Shown here: piece by piece, positions 1 through 8,488 of the stretch | Position numbering within the stretch: position 1 is the first letter of the stretch | How the letters are laid out: each line of letters begins with the position of its first letter | Source: Candidatus Magasanikbacteria bacterium CG10_big_fil_rev_8_21_14_0_10_47_10 | GTDB lineage: Bacteria > Patescibacteriota > Patescibacteriia > Magasanikbacterales > UBA922 | NCBI GenBank assembly: GCA_002773135.1 | Contig: PFCB01000023.1 | Location: forward strand, 1,018 to 65,017 | Direction: 5' to 3' | Length of the DNA: 64,000 nt | Translations under genes and position numbers: made by a program | Notes under the pieces: model-generated | Told to the model about the DNA's origin: nothing | Databases searched by the model: none | What the model saw: the letters and a program-made list of their open reading frames with translations, nothing else

Positions 1-254
1 ACAGTTAACCCCCCGTGCTCATCCTCCACAATGTTCAAAACGCTTGACCGTCTCCAGGCAGGCAGAAGTTTGCTGAAGAGATTCTGAAGTGACAACGCGT
101 CATACAATGGCTTTGCCGGTGCCACATGCACATACACGTATTCCCACCAGTAGGTGTCTCCATAGTCGGTTCGATGATCGTCGCGACTCGTCCCAAGTGT
201 GTGGACGCGGGTATCTTGATCCAATTCCGCCAAAATGTTTCCCAGCTTGCTCAC
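1..254 (-). CDS. Hypothetical protein, partial. The 3' end lies beyond the window start. Putative GTG start at 254 preceded by AGAGGGGG.
   Basis: Manual translation of the minus strand gives an open frame with no stops to position 1 (VSKLGNILAELDQDTRVHTLGTSRDDHRTDYGDTYWWEYVYVHVAPAKPLYDALSLQNLFSKLLPAWRRSSVLNIVEDEHGGLT...). An SD-like GAGGGGG sits 5 nt upstream of the GTG. It is not in the ORF track because no stop falls inside the window. Confidence 0.35.
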   Translation of the reverse strand, partial: MSKLGNILAELDQDTRVHTLGTSRDDHRTDYGDTYWWEYVYVHVAPAKPLYDALSLQNLFSKLLPAWRRSSVLNIVEDEHGGLT

Positions 255-303
255 GTGTTCCCCCTCTTGTATAAAATCAGGAAGCCGAAAGCTTCCTAAT
301 GTG

Positions 304-385
304 TGCCGCGGGAGAGACTCGAACTCTCACCCCCGAAGGGACCTGCTCCTAAGGCAGGCGTGTATACCAATTTCACCACCACGGC
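304..385 (-). tRNA. tRNA-Leu, anticodon UAG; class II tRNA with a long variable arm
   Basis: The reverse complement folds as a cloverleaf: acceptor GCCGTGG/CCGCGGC with one G-U pair, anticodon arm CCTGC-CTTAGGA-GCAGG, a 13 nt variable arm, T-arm GAGAG-TTCGAGT-CTCTC and discriminator A. Length is 82 nt. Confidence 0.8.
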
Positions 386-452
386 ATGTTTTGTCCTATA
401 AACGAAAAAAACTATACCACAGAGGGTATAGTTTTTCAAGAGACGTATGATA

Positions 453-980
453 TTAGTGTAGCCGCACCATTAACTTCGCATAGCCGGAGAGTAACCAGCC
501 ATTATTTATCTCTCCTGACTGAATGGCGGTTTCAATTTCAACAATGGACAACCAGTGCACTTCGTGAAGTTCACCGGGCTCCGGAGCGCCCCGTTTTCCT
601 TCTGTCAGACCTGTCGCATAAAAAAATTGTGCTGTATGTTTATTTTTACCCGGGTCTATTCGCAAATCACCCAAGTCGTCCCAATGCACTGCCTCGACTC
701 CTGTTTCTTCTTTTAATTCTCTTTTGGCAGTTTCAAGCGGTGTTTCATTTTCTTCAACGCCTCCTGCTGGAAAACACCATGTCCATCCTTGAATTGGATA
801 TCGCCATTCTCGCAAAACTAAAATTTTCCCATCATCTCGTTGCGCAATGACAAACGCGCCGGCAACCGAATCCAAATAGGCATACGTACCAAAAGTTCCG
901 TCCGGCAACGCAACATCATCCAGATGAATTTTTTGCCATGTATCCTCGTGAAGGATATGCTCGTTTATTTTTTTGATCAT
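453..980 (-). CDS. NUDIX hydrolase (ADP-ribose pyrophosphatase-like)
   Basis: 175 aa. Nudix box GGVEENETPLETAKRELKEETG (GX5EX7REUXEEXGU pattern). Confidence 0.8.
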   Translation of the reverse strand: MIKKINEHILHEDTWQKIHLDDVALPDGTFGTYAYLDSVAGAFVIAQRDDGKILVLREWRYPIQGWTWCFPAGGVEENETPLETAKRELKEETGVEAVHWDDLGDLRIDPGKNKHTAQFFYATGLTEGKRGAPEPGELHEVHWLSIVEIETAIQSGEINNGWLLSGYAKLMVRLH

Positions 981-2845
981 ACCCGAATCACCACCGGCAG
1001 CACCATTGGTCGCTTTTCTGTTTTACTAAAAATAAACTGACCGATTTTATCGCGAATATCATTGCGAATTTGATCTGTGTCCGCCCATGTTTTCGGATCC
1101 GATTCCACGACCATCTTCTTTACTTTTTTTCTGACATCTTCAATCAGTTGTTTGTTATCTTTTAAAAAAACAAACCCGCGAGAAATAATATCGGGATTTT
1201 GAACCAACTGTCCGGTATGAGAATCAACCGTGGTAATAACCACAATCATTCCTTCCTCTGCCAATACTTGCCGGTCTCGCAACACCACATGCTGTGAATC
1301 CGATACACCCAAACCATCCACAAATACATACTCTGTTGGCACTTTTTCTTTTCGCAGTGTCAGCCCTTTGCTGGAAAGTTCAAACACAGATCCATTGTCC
1401 GGTACAAAAATTTTATTACTGTTAAAGCCTTGTTCCTCGGCCAACCATTTTGCTTCTTTCAAAAAGAAATGATTGGCATAGACCGGCATGTAATAGTCCG
1501 GCTTTGTCTGATCAATCATGTCAATAATATCCTGACGCGTGGCATGTCCGGAAACATGCACGTCCATAAGATCACCATGAATAACATGGTCAGCTTGTCT
1601 ATAAATATTATCTTTTATTCTCTGAATAGTCCGCTCATTGCCGGGAATAACAGAGGAAGAAAAAATGACCGTGTCTGTTTTTTTCAACTTAATGGTTCGG
1701 TGCTGCCCACTGACAATTCTATTCAGAGCTGCGTTTTCTTCACCCTGCGCGCCGGTGCAGACAATCACCACCTTATCGTCGGGATAATCCTCACTTTTGT
1801 GAATATCAATCATTGTTTTTTTATCCGGCTTGATATATCCAAGCTTGCTGGCAAGCTCAATATTTTTTTTCATGGAATATCCATCAAGTGCCACACGCTT
1901 CCCCAGTTCTCCGGCCGCGGTAATCACCCACTTCACGCGCTCCACTTGCGATCCAAATGTAGCAATGATAACGCGTCCTTTTGCCTTTTGAATAATGCTG
2001 ATCAAGTTATCGTACAGCTCTTTGTGTGTCGCATGCCGACCTTGCTTTATGGCGCCCAAACTTTCCAACATCAGCACACTAGGCCGTTTTACATCTTTCA
2101 GCTGCGTATATTTTACATGCGTACTACCATCTTCTTCACGCTCCATGGTCCAGTCTCCGGCATGGATAATGGTGCCTAGCGGTGTTTCCAACGTGGTACC
2201 AACGGAATCCATGATGGAATGTTCAACTTGAAAAAAACCGGCAGTAAATTTTCCAAGTTTGATTTTGTCTTTCAGCGACTTTACTTGCAACACTTTCAAT
2301 AGCTTCAAATCATTGCGACTATAATCTTCCACTCGGTGCTTGATCATTTCAATAGTAAGTGGCAACCCAATCACTGGTGGATACCCCAATTTTTTGAGCA
2401 ATATGGGCGCAGCGCCAATATGATCCAGATGACCGTGACTAAAAATAACACCTTTTACATTTTTTTCTTTCCCTTCAAGATACTTTATGTTGGGAATAAT
2501 GTAATCAATTCCCGGCATGTTTTCTTCCGGAAATTGTAACCCCATATCCAAAATGACAATGTCATTTTCGTACTCGAATATGGTCATGTTGCGTCCCACT
2601 TCTTCGCATCCACCAATTGGAATAATGCGAACCGTACCCTTGGCATTCTCCGGAACACGAACTCGACTCTGACCCTGAAACCGTGGAGGAAATGAGTTTT
2701 TTTGATTTCCTCCTCGATGTTGTCCACCCCCTGATGATGAACGACGATTTCTGTGTACTTTTGCCACGCTGTTTCGAGAACTTCCTCTCTGTTGCGATCC
2801 TGAATGAGATCGCCTGCGTGGTACTTGTTGTTCTGTCATATACAT
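977..2845 (-). CDS. rnj: Ribonuclease J with metallo-beta-lactamase, beta-CASP and C-terminal domains, plus an Arg/Gly-rich N-terminal extension of ~60 aa
   Basis: 622 aa. HGHLDHIGA metal-binding motif, the beta-CASP region and overall RNase J architecture. The N-terminus is SHSGSQQRGSSRNSVAKVHRNRRSSSGGGQHRGGNQ. Confidence 0.9.
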   Translation of the reverse strand: MYMTEQQVPRRRSHSGSQQRGSSRNSVAKVHRNRRSSSGGGQHRGGNQKNSFPPRFQGQSRVRVPENAKGTVRIIPIGGCEEVGRNMTIFEYENDIVILDMGLQFPEENMPGIDYIIPNIKYLEGKEKNVKGVIFSHGHLDHIGAAPILLKKLGYPPVIGLPLTIEMIKHRVEDYSRNDLKLLKVLQVKSLKDKIKLGKFTAGFFQVEHSIMDSVGTTLETPLGTIIHAGDWTMEREEDGSTHVKYTQLKDVKRPSVLMLESLGAIKQGRHATHKELYDNLISIIQKAKGRVIIATFGSQVERVKWVITAAGELGKRVALDGYSMKKNIELASKLGYIKPDKKTMIDIHKSEDYPDDKVVIVCTGAQGEENAALNRIVSGQHRTIKLKKTDTVIFSSSVIPGNERTIQRIKDNIYRQADHVIHGDLMDVHVSGHATRQDIIDMIDQTKPDYYMPVYANHFFLKEAKWLAEEQGFNSNKIFVPDNGSVFELSSKGLTLRKEKVPTEYVFVDGLGVSDSQHVVLRDRQVLAEEGMIVVITTVDSHTGQLVQNPDIISRGFVFLKDNKQLIEDVRKKVKKMVVESDPKTWADTDQIRNDIRDKIGQFIFSKTEKRPMVLPVVIRV

Positions 2846-2917
2846 GAATCATGATGCACTTGATGCATCGCTTTAAATAAAATCCCCCCAAATGAAGAAG
2901 TCCAAAATAGACTAATT

Positions 2918-2987
2918 GTGCCGGAGAGAGGACTCCCTGCCGGCAGGCAGGGAACCTCCACGGGATTGCTCCCACATCCTGATGCAT
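2918..2987 (-). pseudogene. Degenerate tRNA-like 3' half: variable arm, T-arm and acceptor 3' strand, with a 15-16 nt palindromic insertion (CCTGCCGGCAGG) in the T-loop
   Basis: The reverse complement reads ...TGGGAGCAATCCCGT GGAGG TTC[CCTGCCTGCCGGCAGG]GAGT CCTCT CTCCGGC A. This parallels the 3' half of the adjacent tRNA-Leu(CAG), TGACCGTAAGGTCGT GGAGG TTCGAGT CCTCT CTCCAGC A. Confidence 0.4.
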
Positions 2988-2989
2988 TG

Positions 2990-3073
2990 TGCTGGAGAGA
3001 GGACTCGAACCTCCACGACCTTACGGTCACTAGCACCTGAAGCTAGCGCGTCTACCAGTTCCGCCACTCCAGC
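2990..3073 (-). tRNA. tRNA-Leu, anticodon CAG; class II
   Basis: The reverse complement reads GCTGGAG TG GCGG AACTGGTAGA CGCG CTAGC TTCAGGT GCTAG TGACCGTAAGGTCGT GGAGG TTCGAGT CCTCT CTCCAGC A. It is a clean cloverleaf of 84 nt. Confidence 0.8.
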
Positions 3074-3082
3074 ACAATAATC

Positions 3083-3115
3083 GGCATGCGTGTATACCAG
3101 TTTCACCACTCCGGC
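3083..3115 (-). pseudogene. Degenerate tRNA-like 5' half (acceptor 5' strand, D-arm, start of anticodon stem), very similar to the 5' half of tRNA-Leu(UAG) at 304-385
   Basis: The reverse complement reads GCCGGAG TG GTGA AACTGGTAT ACAC GCATGCC. The tRNA-Leu(UAG) 5' half reads GCCGTGG TG GTGA AATTGGTAT ACAC GCCTGCC. The acceptor strand GCCGGAG is perfectly complementary to CTCCGGC in the 3' fragment at 2920-2926. Confidence 0.4.
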
Positions 3116-3126
3116 GCTTTACGTTA

Positions 3127-5112
3127 TTACTCACTCTTACTAAAATTCCACTCGCCTTTTGTCTTAATATACCACTGTGTCACGTTAGCAAATCGATCTG
3201 ACGGATGAAAAATTCTTTCCACGTGAATTCCTTTGATCTTGTCTGACGTGGCGTACCGATATGTCGGTGTGTGCAAAAAAATAGCCGGTCGATCCTTGAA
3301 AATCTTTTCCTGAAATTCCGTGTACACTTTCGCAAGCTCTTCCTGATTATCTGTTTCACGCGCTTTCACCAAAAGCTCATCAACAGAGCGATTCACATAT
3401 TGCGATAAATTGAGACCAGGAAAGTCAACTTGACTGGAATGCCAAAACGGATACTGGTCAGGATCAGAGCCAATGATGAAGCCATACAAAAGTACATCAT
3501 AATTTCTCTCGCGTAGGACTTCCCGAGGGATCTCTTTTGGTGAAATAAATCGAATATTCGTTTTAATACCCAATTCTTGCCAAAATCCCGCTATCAATCC
3601 GGCGGCCTGCCTATATTCCGTCACATCCGCCGTAACCAGGTTAAGCTGCAGGACGTCCCCATCCTCATTTTGCCGATAAAATAGCTGCGCCTCATTTAAC
3701 TCCAATGCCAGTCGAGCGTCAATAGTGGACTCCAACTCAGCATTCATCGACGTTGTGTTTTCCTCGGTCGAGGATGCCATGGGAAATTGATCTGCCAATT
3801 CCAGTCGTAGTCGTTCACGCTGTTTCTCCGCATACGCGTCAGAAGAAACGCGTTTCCATTTTTTATCCAACAGCTCATTTGCCTGCTCCACCGAATACGG
3901 CGTTTTTTCTATCTCTTCCGAAAAGCCGGGGAAACCGGGGAGTACAGGACTATAGATGACCCGGCCTCCCTCTTCCAAACTTTCACGCAATATACGTTCT
4001 TTGTCCAGGGCATATGCCAGTGCATTGCGAACATCCACGTCAGCTAGATATGGCTGCTTCTTTTGATTGAAAAAAAGTGCGGTGTACTGTGGAAGCTGCA
4101 ACGTGTGAATTTGAATATGTTTCCGAGTCACCGAATCTTTTAGATCGGCCGGAACAAAGTGAAGCCCATCGACTTTTTGCTGTCTGAGCGCCTGAATAGC
4201 GCCAAGATCTGTTCCATAATCACCAAAAAATTGAAACACAAATTCTTGGATATACGGCGGATTCCGATAATATGACTCATTTCTACTTAACTCATATCTG
4301 AATACAAATCCTGTATCGTCCTTTGCCAACTTATGAAACGTATATGGACCTGTACCAACCGGCTGCAAATTAGTCTTTGCCAGCTTTATTTGCTCGTATG
4401 GAATATTGATCCATATGTGCTCCGGTAAAATGCCCAGTGTGAGGCTCGACAAAAACGGCTGAAACTGATCTGCCAAGACAAAGGATACAGTATAGTCATC
4501 AATCACCTGCACATGAATCCCCTGAAAACTAACCTGGAGCGGACTGCCAACATCCGGATCTTGTATCGCCTCAAAGGTAAACGCGACATCATGCGCGGTA
4601 AATGGTTCTCCATCATGCCAGACAACATCTTGACGCAGTGAAAAAGTGTACGTTTTTTTATCCTCACTAATGGTATACGACTCGGCAAGATCCGGCATGA
4701 GCTGCAAATTTTCGTCGTAATACATTAAGCCGGAATACACCAGACGGACGAGGTCGCGGTCAACATCGTTCACATTTGCGAACAGCGGATTCACTAACTT
4801 GGGTGAACCCACCACGGCTTCCACATAGGCTCCCCCAACAGCCGGCACTTCCATTCGATAAGCTCCGGTCACCTCAATTCCCGACCACACAATAGCTGCT
4901 ATGAGAATGACGGTTGCGCCTCTCAAAATAAAAAACTCCTGCCGAGTCAGCACTTTGCGAACATAGCGCAACTGACGAAACGCAGGCATTTTTTTGCCAC
5001 TCACCTTCTTGAGCAGTTTCAAATCATGACGCTTGGAAAGAAGCGGCTTACTTTTCTTACTCCGAGAACGTCGCACTTTGGACGCGAGTGATGAAATAAA
5101 AGAAAATTTCAC
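3127..5112 (-). CDS. ABC transporter substrate-binding protein, family 5 (oligopeptide/dipeptide/nickel type), with an N-terminal membrane anchor
   Basis: 661 aa. SBP_bac_5-like length and composition. Basic cytoplasmic N-terminus followed by a TM segment (ATVILIAAIVWSGI). Confidence 0.75.
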   Translation of the reverse strand: MKFSFISSLASKVRRSRSKKSKPLLSKRHDLKLLKKVSGKKMPAFRQLRYVRKVLTRQEFFILRGATVILIAAIVWSGIEVTGAYRMEVPAVGGAYVEAVVGSPKLVNPLFANVNDVDRDLVRLVYSGLMYYDENLQLMPDLAESYTISEDKKTYTFSLRQDVVWHDGEPFTAHDVAFTFEAIQDPDVGSPLQVSFQGIHVQVIDDYTVSFVLADQFQPFLSSLTLGILPEHIWINIPYEQIKLAKTNLQPVGTGPYTFHKLAKDDTGFVFRYELSRNESYYRNPPYIQEFVFQFFGDYGTDLGAIQALRQQKVDGLHFVPADLKDSVTRKHIQIHTLQLPQYTALFFNQKKQPYLADVDVRNALAYALDKERILRESLEEGGRVIYSPVLPGFPGFSEEIEKTPYSVEQANELLDKKWKRVSSDAYAEKQRERLRLELADQFPMASSTEENTTSMNAELESTIDARLALELNEAQLFYRQNEDGDVLQLNLVTADVTEYRQAAGLIAGFWQELGIKTNIRFISPKEIPREVLRERNYDVLLYGFIIGSDPDQYPFWHSSQVDFPGLNLSQYVNRSVDELLVKARETDNQEELAKVYTEFQEKIFKDRPAIFLHTPTYRYATSDKIKGIHVERIFHPSDRFANVTQWYIKTKGEWNFSKSE

Positions 5113-5173
5113 ATTGGTACGTCAACAGACTATGGTAACAGCACCCGGCTGTTAACCAAAACCTGCTGTCAAG

Positions 5174-5398
5174 TTAGACGAAAATGCGCGCGACAGCGAG
5201 CGCAAAGAAGACAATCGCGATCACAATGGTCGCGCGGTGTAAAAAGAGGTCGACACCTCTTTTTGTATGAACAATCGGACCACTGCCGCCACCAAAACCG
5301 GCACCCATACCCGCCCCCTTTTGCTGGATCAGGATAACAGCGATAAGCACAATTGATGTAAAGATTTGCAATGCTTGTATAACCGAAACAATTGACAT
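5174..5398 (-). CDS. secG: Preprotein translocase subunit SecG
   Basis: 74 aa. Two TM helices separated by a Gly-rich loop (QQKGAGMGAGFGGGSG), typical of SecG. Confidence 0.75.
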   Translation of the reverse strand: MSIVSVIQALQIFTSIVLIAVILIQQKGAGMGAGFGGGSGPIVHTKRGVDLFLHRATIVIAIVFFALAVARIFV

Positions 5399-5424
5399 AA
5401 ACAGAAGTTACATTCGTACACCAG

Positions 5425-5453
5425 AGTATAGCCCAACGGTCAAAAAAAATCAA
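5425..5453 (-). promoter_or_regulatory. Sigma70-like promoter for secG on the minus strand: TTGATT-N17-TATACT
   Basis: The reverse complement of 5425-5453 reads TTGATT tttttt gaccgttgggc TATACT. It lies about 27 nt upstream of the secG start. Confidence 0.45.
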
Positions 5454-5542
5454 GCCCCGACGCTAAATATGTGTCAGCCGTCATGAATGATCATACCATG
5501 TCTTATGATTATTTGGCTTCATTAACACATATATGGCGTGTA

Positions 5543-5571
5543 TTGACATCCAAGAAGCTCTGTAGTATACT
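5543..5571 (+). promoter_or_regulatory. Sigma70 consensus promoter for rpmE: TTGACA-N17-TATACT
   Basis: TTGACA at 5543-5548, 17 nt spacer, TATACT at 5566-5571. It is ~18 nt upstream of the rpmE ATG. Confidence 0.5.
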
Positions 5572-5588
5572 TTTGCCACTATTATCCT

Positions 5589-5933
5589 ATGAAACAAGAT
5601 ATCCATCCAACAACCCATCCCGTCATTTTTGTCGACACCTCCTGCGGAGCCGAATTTATGACACACTCAACACTCAAATCCGAGGAAACTCGCTCAATCG
5701 ACGGAACAGACCATTATATTATTAACGTCGAAATCTCTTCCGCGTCTCATCCTTTTTACACCGGCAAGCAAATTCTTGTCGACACCGCGCGGCGGGTGGA
5801 AAAATTCGCTGAAAAGATGAAAATGCAAGAAAAAAAGGCCGCGGTTAGAAAAGGAAAAAAAGTAAAGCGAGCCACTCGGGCCAAAGCAAAAAATTCTGAG
5901 GCGAATAGCGAGGAAAGCAAGGACTCAAAATAG
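5589..5933 (+). CDS. rpmE: 50S ribosomal protein L31 with a Lys-rich C-terminal tail
   Basis: 114 aa. L31 core MKQDIHPTTHPV...SHPFYTGKQ, followed by a KKAAVRKGKKVKRATRAKAK extension. Confidence 0.85.
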   Translation: MKQDIHPTTHPVIFVDTSCGAEFMTHSTLKSEETRSIDGTDHYIINVEISSASHPFYTGKQILVDTARRVEKFAEKMKMQEKKAAVRKGKKVKRATRAKAKNSEANSEESKDSK

Positions 5934-5999
5934 CGAAATACATAACAAGCAGGCTCGTTTGAGTCTGTTTTTTTATAGGAACTCTATAGACAACAACAT

Positions 6000-7058
6000 A
6001 TGAACAATAAATACACCGAATTCCTCAAGACATTTAATCAACTGGAGGCTGATCTATCCGATCCGACCGTGCTTCATGACTCCAAAAAATTGCAAAAAAC
6101 GTCAGAAATCTATAGCGAGATGAAAGAGACAGCACAAAAAATAAAAGACTTGCTTTCACTCGAATCACAACACTTGGACGCGCTGAAAATGGCCGCAAGT
6201 GACGATCAAGGAATGAAAGAAATGGCAGAGCAAGAAGCGGATGAGCTACAGACGAAAGCCGATCTGCTTGAAAAAGAACTGGAGGAAATGACTCGGTCAG
6301 CGGACCCAATGGATAAAAAGGACATTATTGTTGAAATTCGCGCGGGCGCAGGTGGCGATGAAGCCGCACTGTTTGCCGGTGATCTCATGCGCATGTACAT
6401 GCGCTATGCCGAACAAAAAAATTGGAAAACTGCTTTGGTTGACGCCAGTCAAATCGGTCTGGGAGGCTATAAAGAAGTGATCTTTGAAATACACGGAAAG
6501 GATGTCTACAAAAACATGAAGTATGAAATGGGCGTCCACCGCGTGCAGCGCGTGCCGGAAACAGAAAAACAAGGCCGTATTCATACATCCACCGCGAGCG
6601 TCGCGATACTGCCGGAGGTGGAAGAAACGGAAATTACCATCAACCCGAATGATTTGCGAATTGACACATTCATGTCCGGCGGCAAAGGCGGGCAGAGCGT
6701 CAACACCACCTATTCCGCTGTACGCATCACGCATATACCCAGCGGCATTGTGGCACAATGTCAGGATGAACGCTCTCAGCAACAAAACAGAATCAAAGCC
6801 ATGAATGTGCTTCGCGCGCGCTTGTTCGAGATGGAACAAGAGAAGAGGCAGTCAGCAATTGACGCGAAAAGACGCAATCAAATCGGATCGGGCGACAGAA
6901 GTGAAAAAATTCGCACGTACAATTTTCCGCAGGACCGAATCACGGACCATCGCATCAAAGAAAGCTGGAATAATATTGTAACCATTTTAAACGGCCAGCT
7001 TGAACCGGTAATAGACGCACTACGAGCGGCTGACTATAAACAAAAAGACGCCGGGTAA
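6000..7058 (+). CDS. prfA: Peptide chain release factor 1
   Basis: 352 aa. GGQ motif ([12 protein letters not shown]), an RF1-type P-x-T region ([14 protein letters not shown]) and C-terminal DHRIK. Confidence 0.9.
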   Translation: MNNKYTEFLKTFNQLEADLSDPTVLHDSKKLQKTSEIYSEMKETAQKIKDLLSLESQHLDALKMAASDDQGMKEMAEQEADELQTKADLLEKELEEMTRSADPMDKKDIIVEIRAGAGGDEAALFAGDLMRMYMRYAEQKNWKTALVDASQIGLGGYKEVIFEIHGKDVYKNMKYEMGVHRVQRVPETEKQGRIHTSTASVAILPEVEETEITINPNDLRIDTFMSGGKGGQSVNTTYSAVRITHIPSGIVAQCQDERSQQQNRIKAMNVLRARLFEMEQEKRQSAIDAKRRNQIGSGDRSEKIRTYNFPQDRITDHRIKESWNNIVTILNGQLEPVIDALRAADYKQKDAG

Positions 7059-7073
7059 TGAGCAAATGATCAA

Positions 7074-7253
7074 CTACCGTTCCCGTATCCACTGCCACGC
7101 GCTCACATGAACAGTGTACTGCGCATGCGAATTCCCTTCCGGACTAAACACCTCGAGTGACTGGGTCTGGGGGATGTACGGCACAAAGAACGCCAGTCCC
7201 AACGCCACCAGCAGCGCGGCAACGACACAAAAGATGAGGATATTTTTTTTCAT
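7074..7253 (-). CDS. Small hypothetical membrane-anchored protein
   Basis: MKKNILIFCVVAALLVALGLAFFVPYIP... has a single TM segment. RBS is weak. Confidence 0.3.
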   Translation of the reverse strand: MKKNILIFCVVAALLVALGLAFFVPYIPQTQSLEVFSPEGNSHAQYTVHVSAWQWIRER

Positions 7254-7307
7254 AGTGGGTGCAGGGACTGCCGCCATAGGCCGCAGTCATGCTCTTTTAA
7301 AAAATAA

Positions 7308-8056
7308 TTATTCTACAATTGCTTTATTCATTTGCGCGTCAATTTCTTTTTCCACCTGCTCATACCAAAATCCATAACCAATTGAGCTGGGATGAAAAAA
7401 GTCAGCGGCATAATACTTGTCAGCATACAGCTCAAACGGATCTTTGTCAGCTTCTCGCCAGATATCAACGTAGCGCGCGCCGTTGGCAGGCGCGATGCGC
7501 TGGTATATGGCGCGAACGCGCGCCGTTCGATACGTGTAAAGTTTGCGAAGAGGCAGCGGGAAAAGCGTCGCGCTCCCAATGTTGCCGCCGTGCAGCAAAA
7601 TGACAGCATCCGCCATGGAATGAGCCGTTTGCAGTAACGATAACGCCTGCTTTTCAATCTGTGAAAAAGGCGTGAGACGAACAATATCGTTTCCGCCGGC
7701 CTGAATGACAATCAAATCAAAATGCTGACCCTCAAATTCTTGAAACTGCGAGAGGGCATCATGTACCTTGTCGCCATTGTGCCCACGATTGATAATGTCA
7801 GCAGTCGGAAATCGAGCACCAAGCCTCCCTGCTACACTCTCTAGAGGACTACTCGCGCCCACGCCAACTGCAGAGCTGTCACCGATAAACAAAACACGTA
7901 TTGTGGAATCGACAGGATGTTGCTCGTAGGCATTCGCGCGCGCCGCGAGTTCCGTGCCGATGGAAACCAGTGATCGAAATCGTATAACGTTCCACGCAAC
8001 AAAAAAAAAGATACTGATCCCTCCACACAAAAGTATTATTCTGGTGCTGCTCATCA
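7308..8056 (-). CDS. SGNH/GDSL-family hydrolase, membrane-anchored
   Basis: GDS motif in LFIGDSSAVGVG, an N-terminal TM segment and SGNH-like downstream blocks. Start placed at the MMSSTRIILL methionine. Confidence 0.7.
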
Positions 8057-8085
8057 TTTTATGATAGCACAAGGCACGATGGAAA

Positions 8086-8457
8086 TTAACGTCCGTTGTC
8101 AACACTGCCCTCTTTGAAAACAACATTTACAAACGCGAGGTATGGCTCGCTGGCAAATGAAAATGTTTTAACGTCCGCAGTCCCTGACACGAGACTTCCA
8201 TCTTTTGTTTTGAGGCTTTGCGAATCTTTCCCGTCCACGTCCCAAAATAAGTGATTGATAAGCCCGGCAATAAGCGCGGGGTGGACGTCAAAAACAGAAC
8301 GCAAACTTTTATCAACCATTTCGTCCTGCGTGTACCCCAGGCGTCCGGCAAACTGCCGACTCACCCAAATGAACTGCATGGTAAAAACACTGACTATCAC
8401 ATCCAAACGATCAAACTTCTGCATCGCGTATGACACAACGGCCGTTTCACCTGACAT
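8086..8457 (-). CDS. PAS-domain protein
   Basis: ~124 aa PAS-like fold from its length and pattern. The start is ambiguous: the track ORF begins at a TTG at 8526, which would overlap prmC. Confidence 0.45.
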   Translation of the reverse strand: MSGETAVVSYAMQKFDRLDVIVSVFTMQFIWVSRQFAGRLGYTQDEMVDKSLRSVFDVHPALIAGLINHLFWDVDGKDSQSLKTKDGSLVSGTADVKTFSFASEPYLAFVNVVFKEGSVDNGR

Positions 8458-8488
8458 AGAATCATCAATCACTAATAGATAAAATAAT

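Noticed and set aside
1430-2179. Antisense ORFs inside long genes (1430..2179 in rnj, 6297..6839 in prfA, 14511..15071 in the permease, 28382..29050 in gyrB, 33656..34237 in rplA, 52970..55297 in the 936-aa gene, 61409..62137 in thrS)
   Set aside because: They lie opposite well-supported genes, have no SD, and have low-complexity translations.
2562-3109. ORFs 2562..2987, 2836..3036 and 2912..3109 (-)
   Set aside because: They overlap the RNase J 5' end and run through the tRNA-Leu(CAG) gene and the tRNA-like fragments. They are artefacts.
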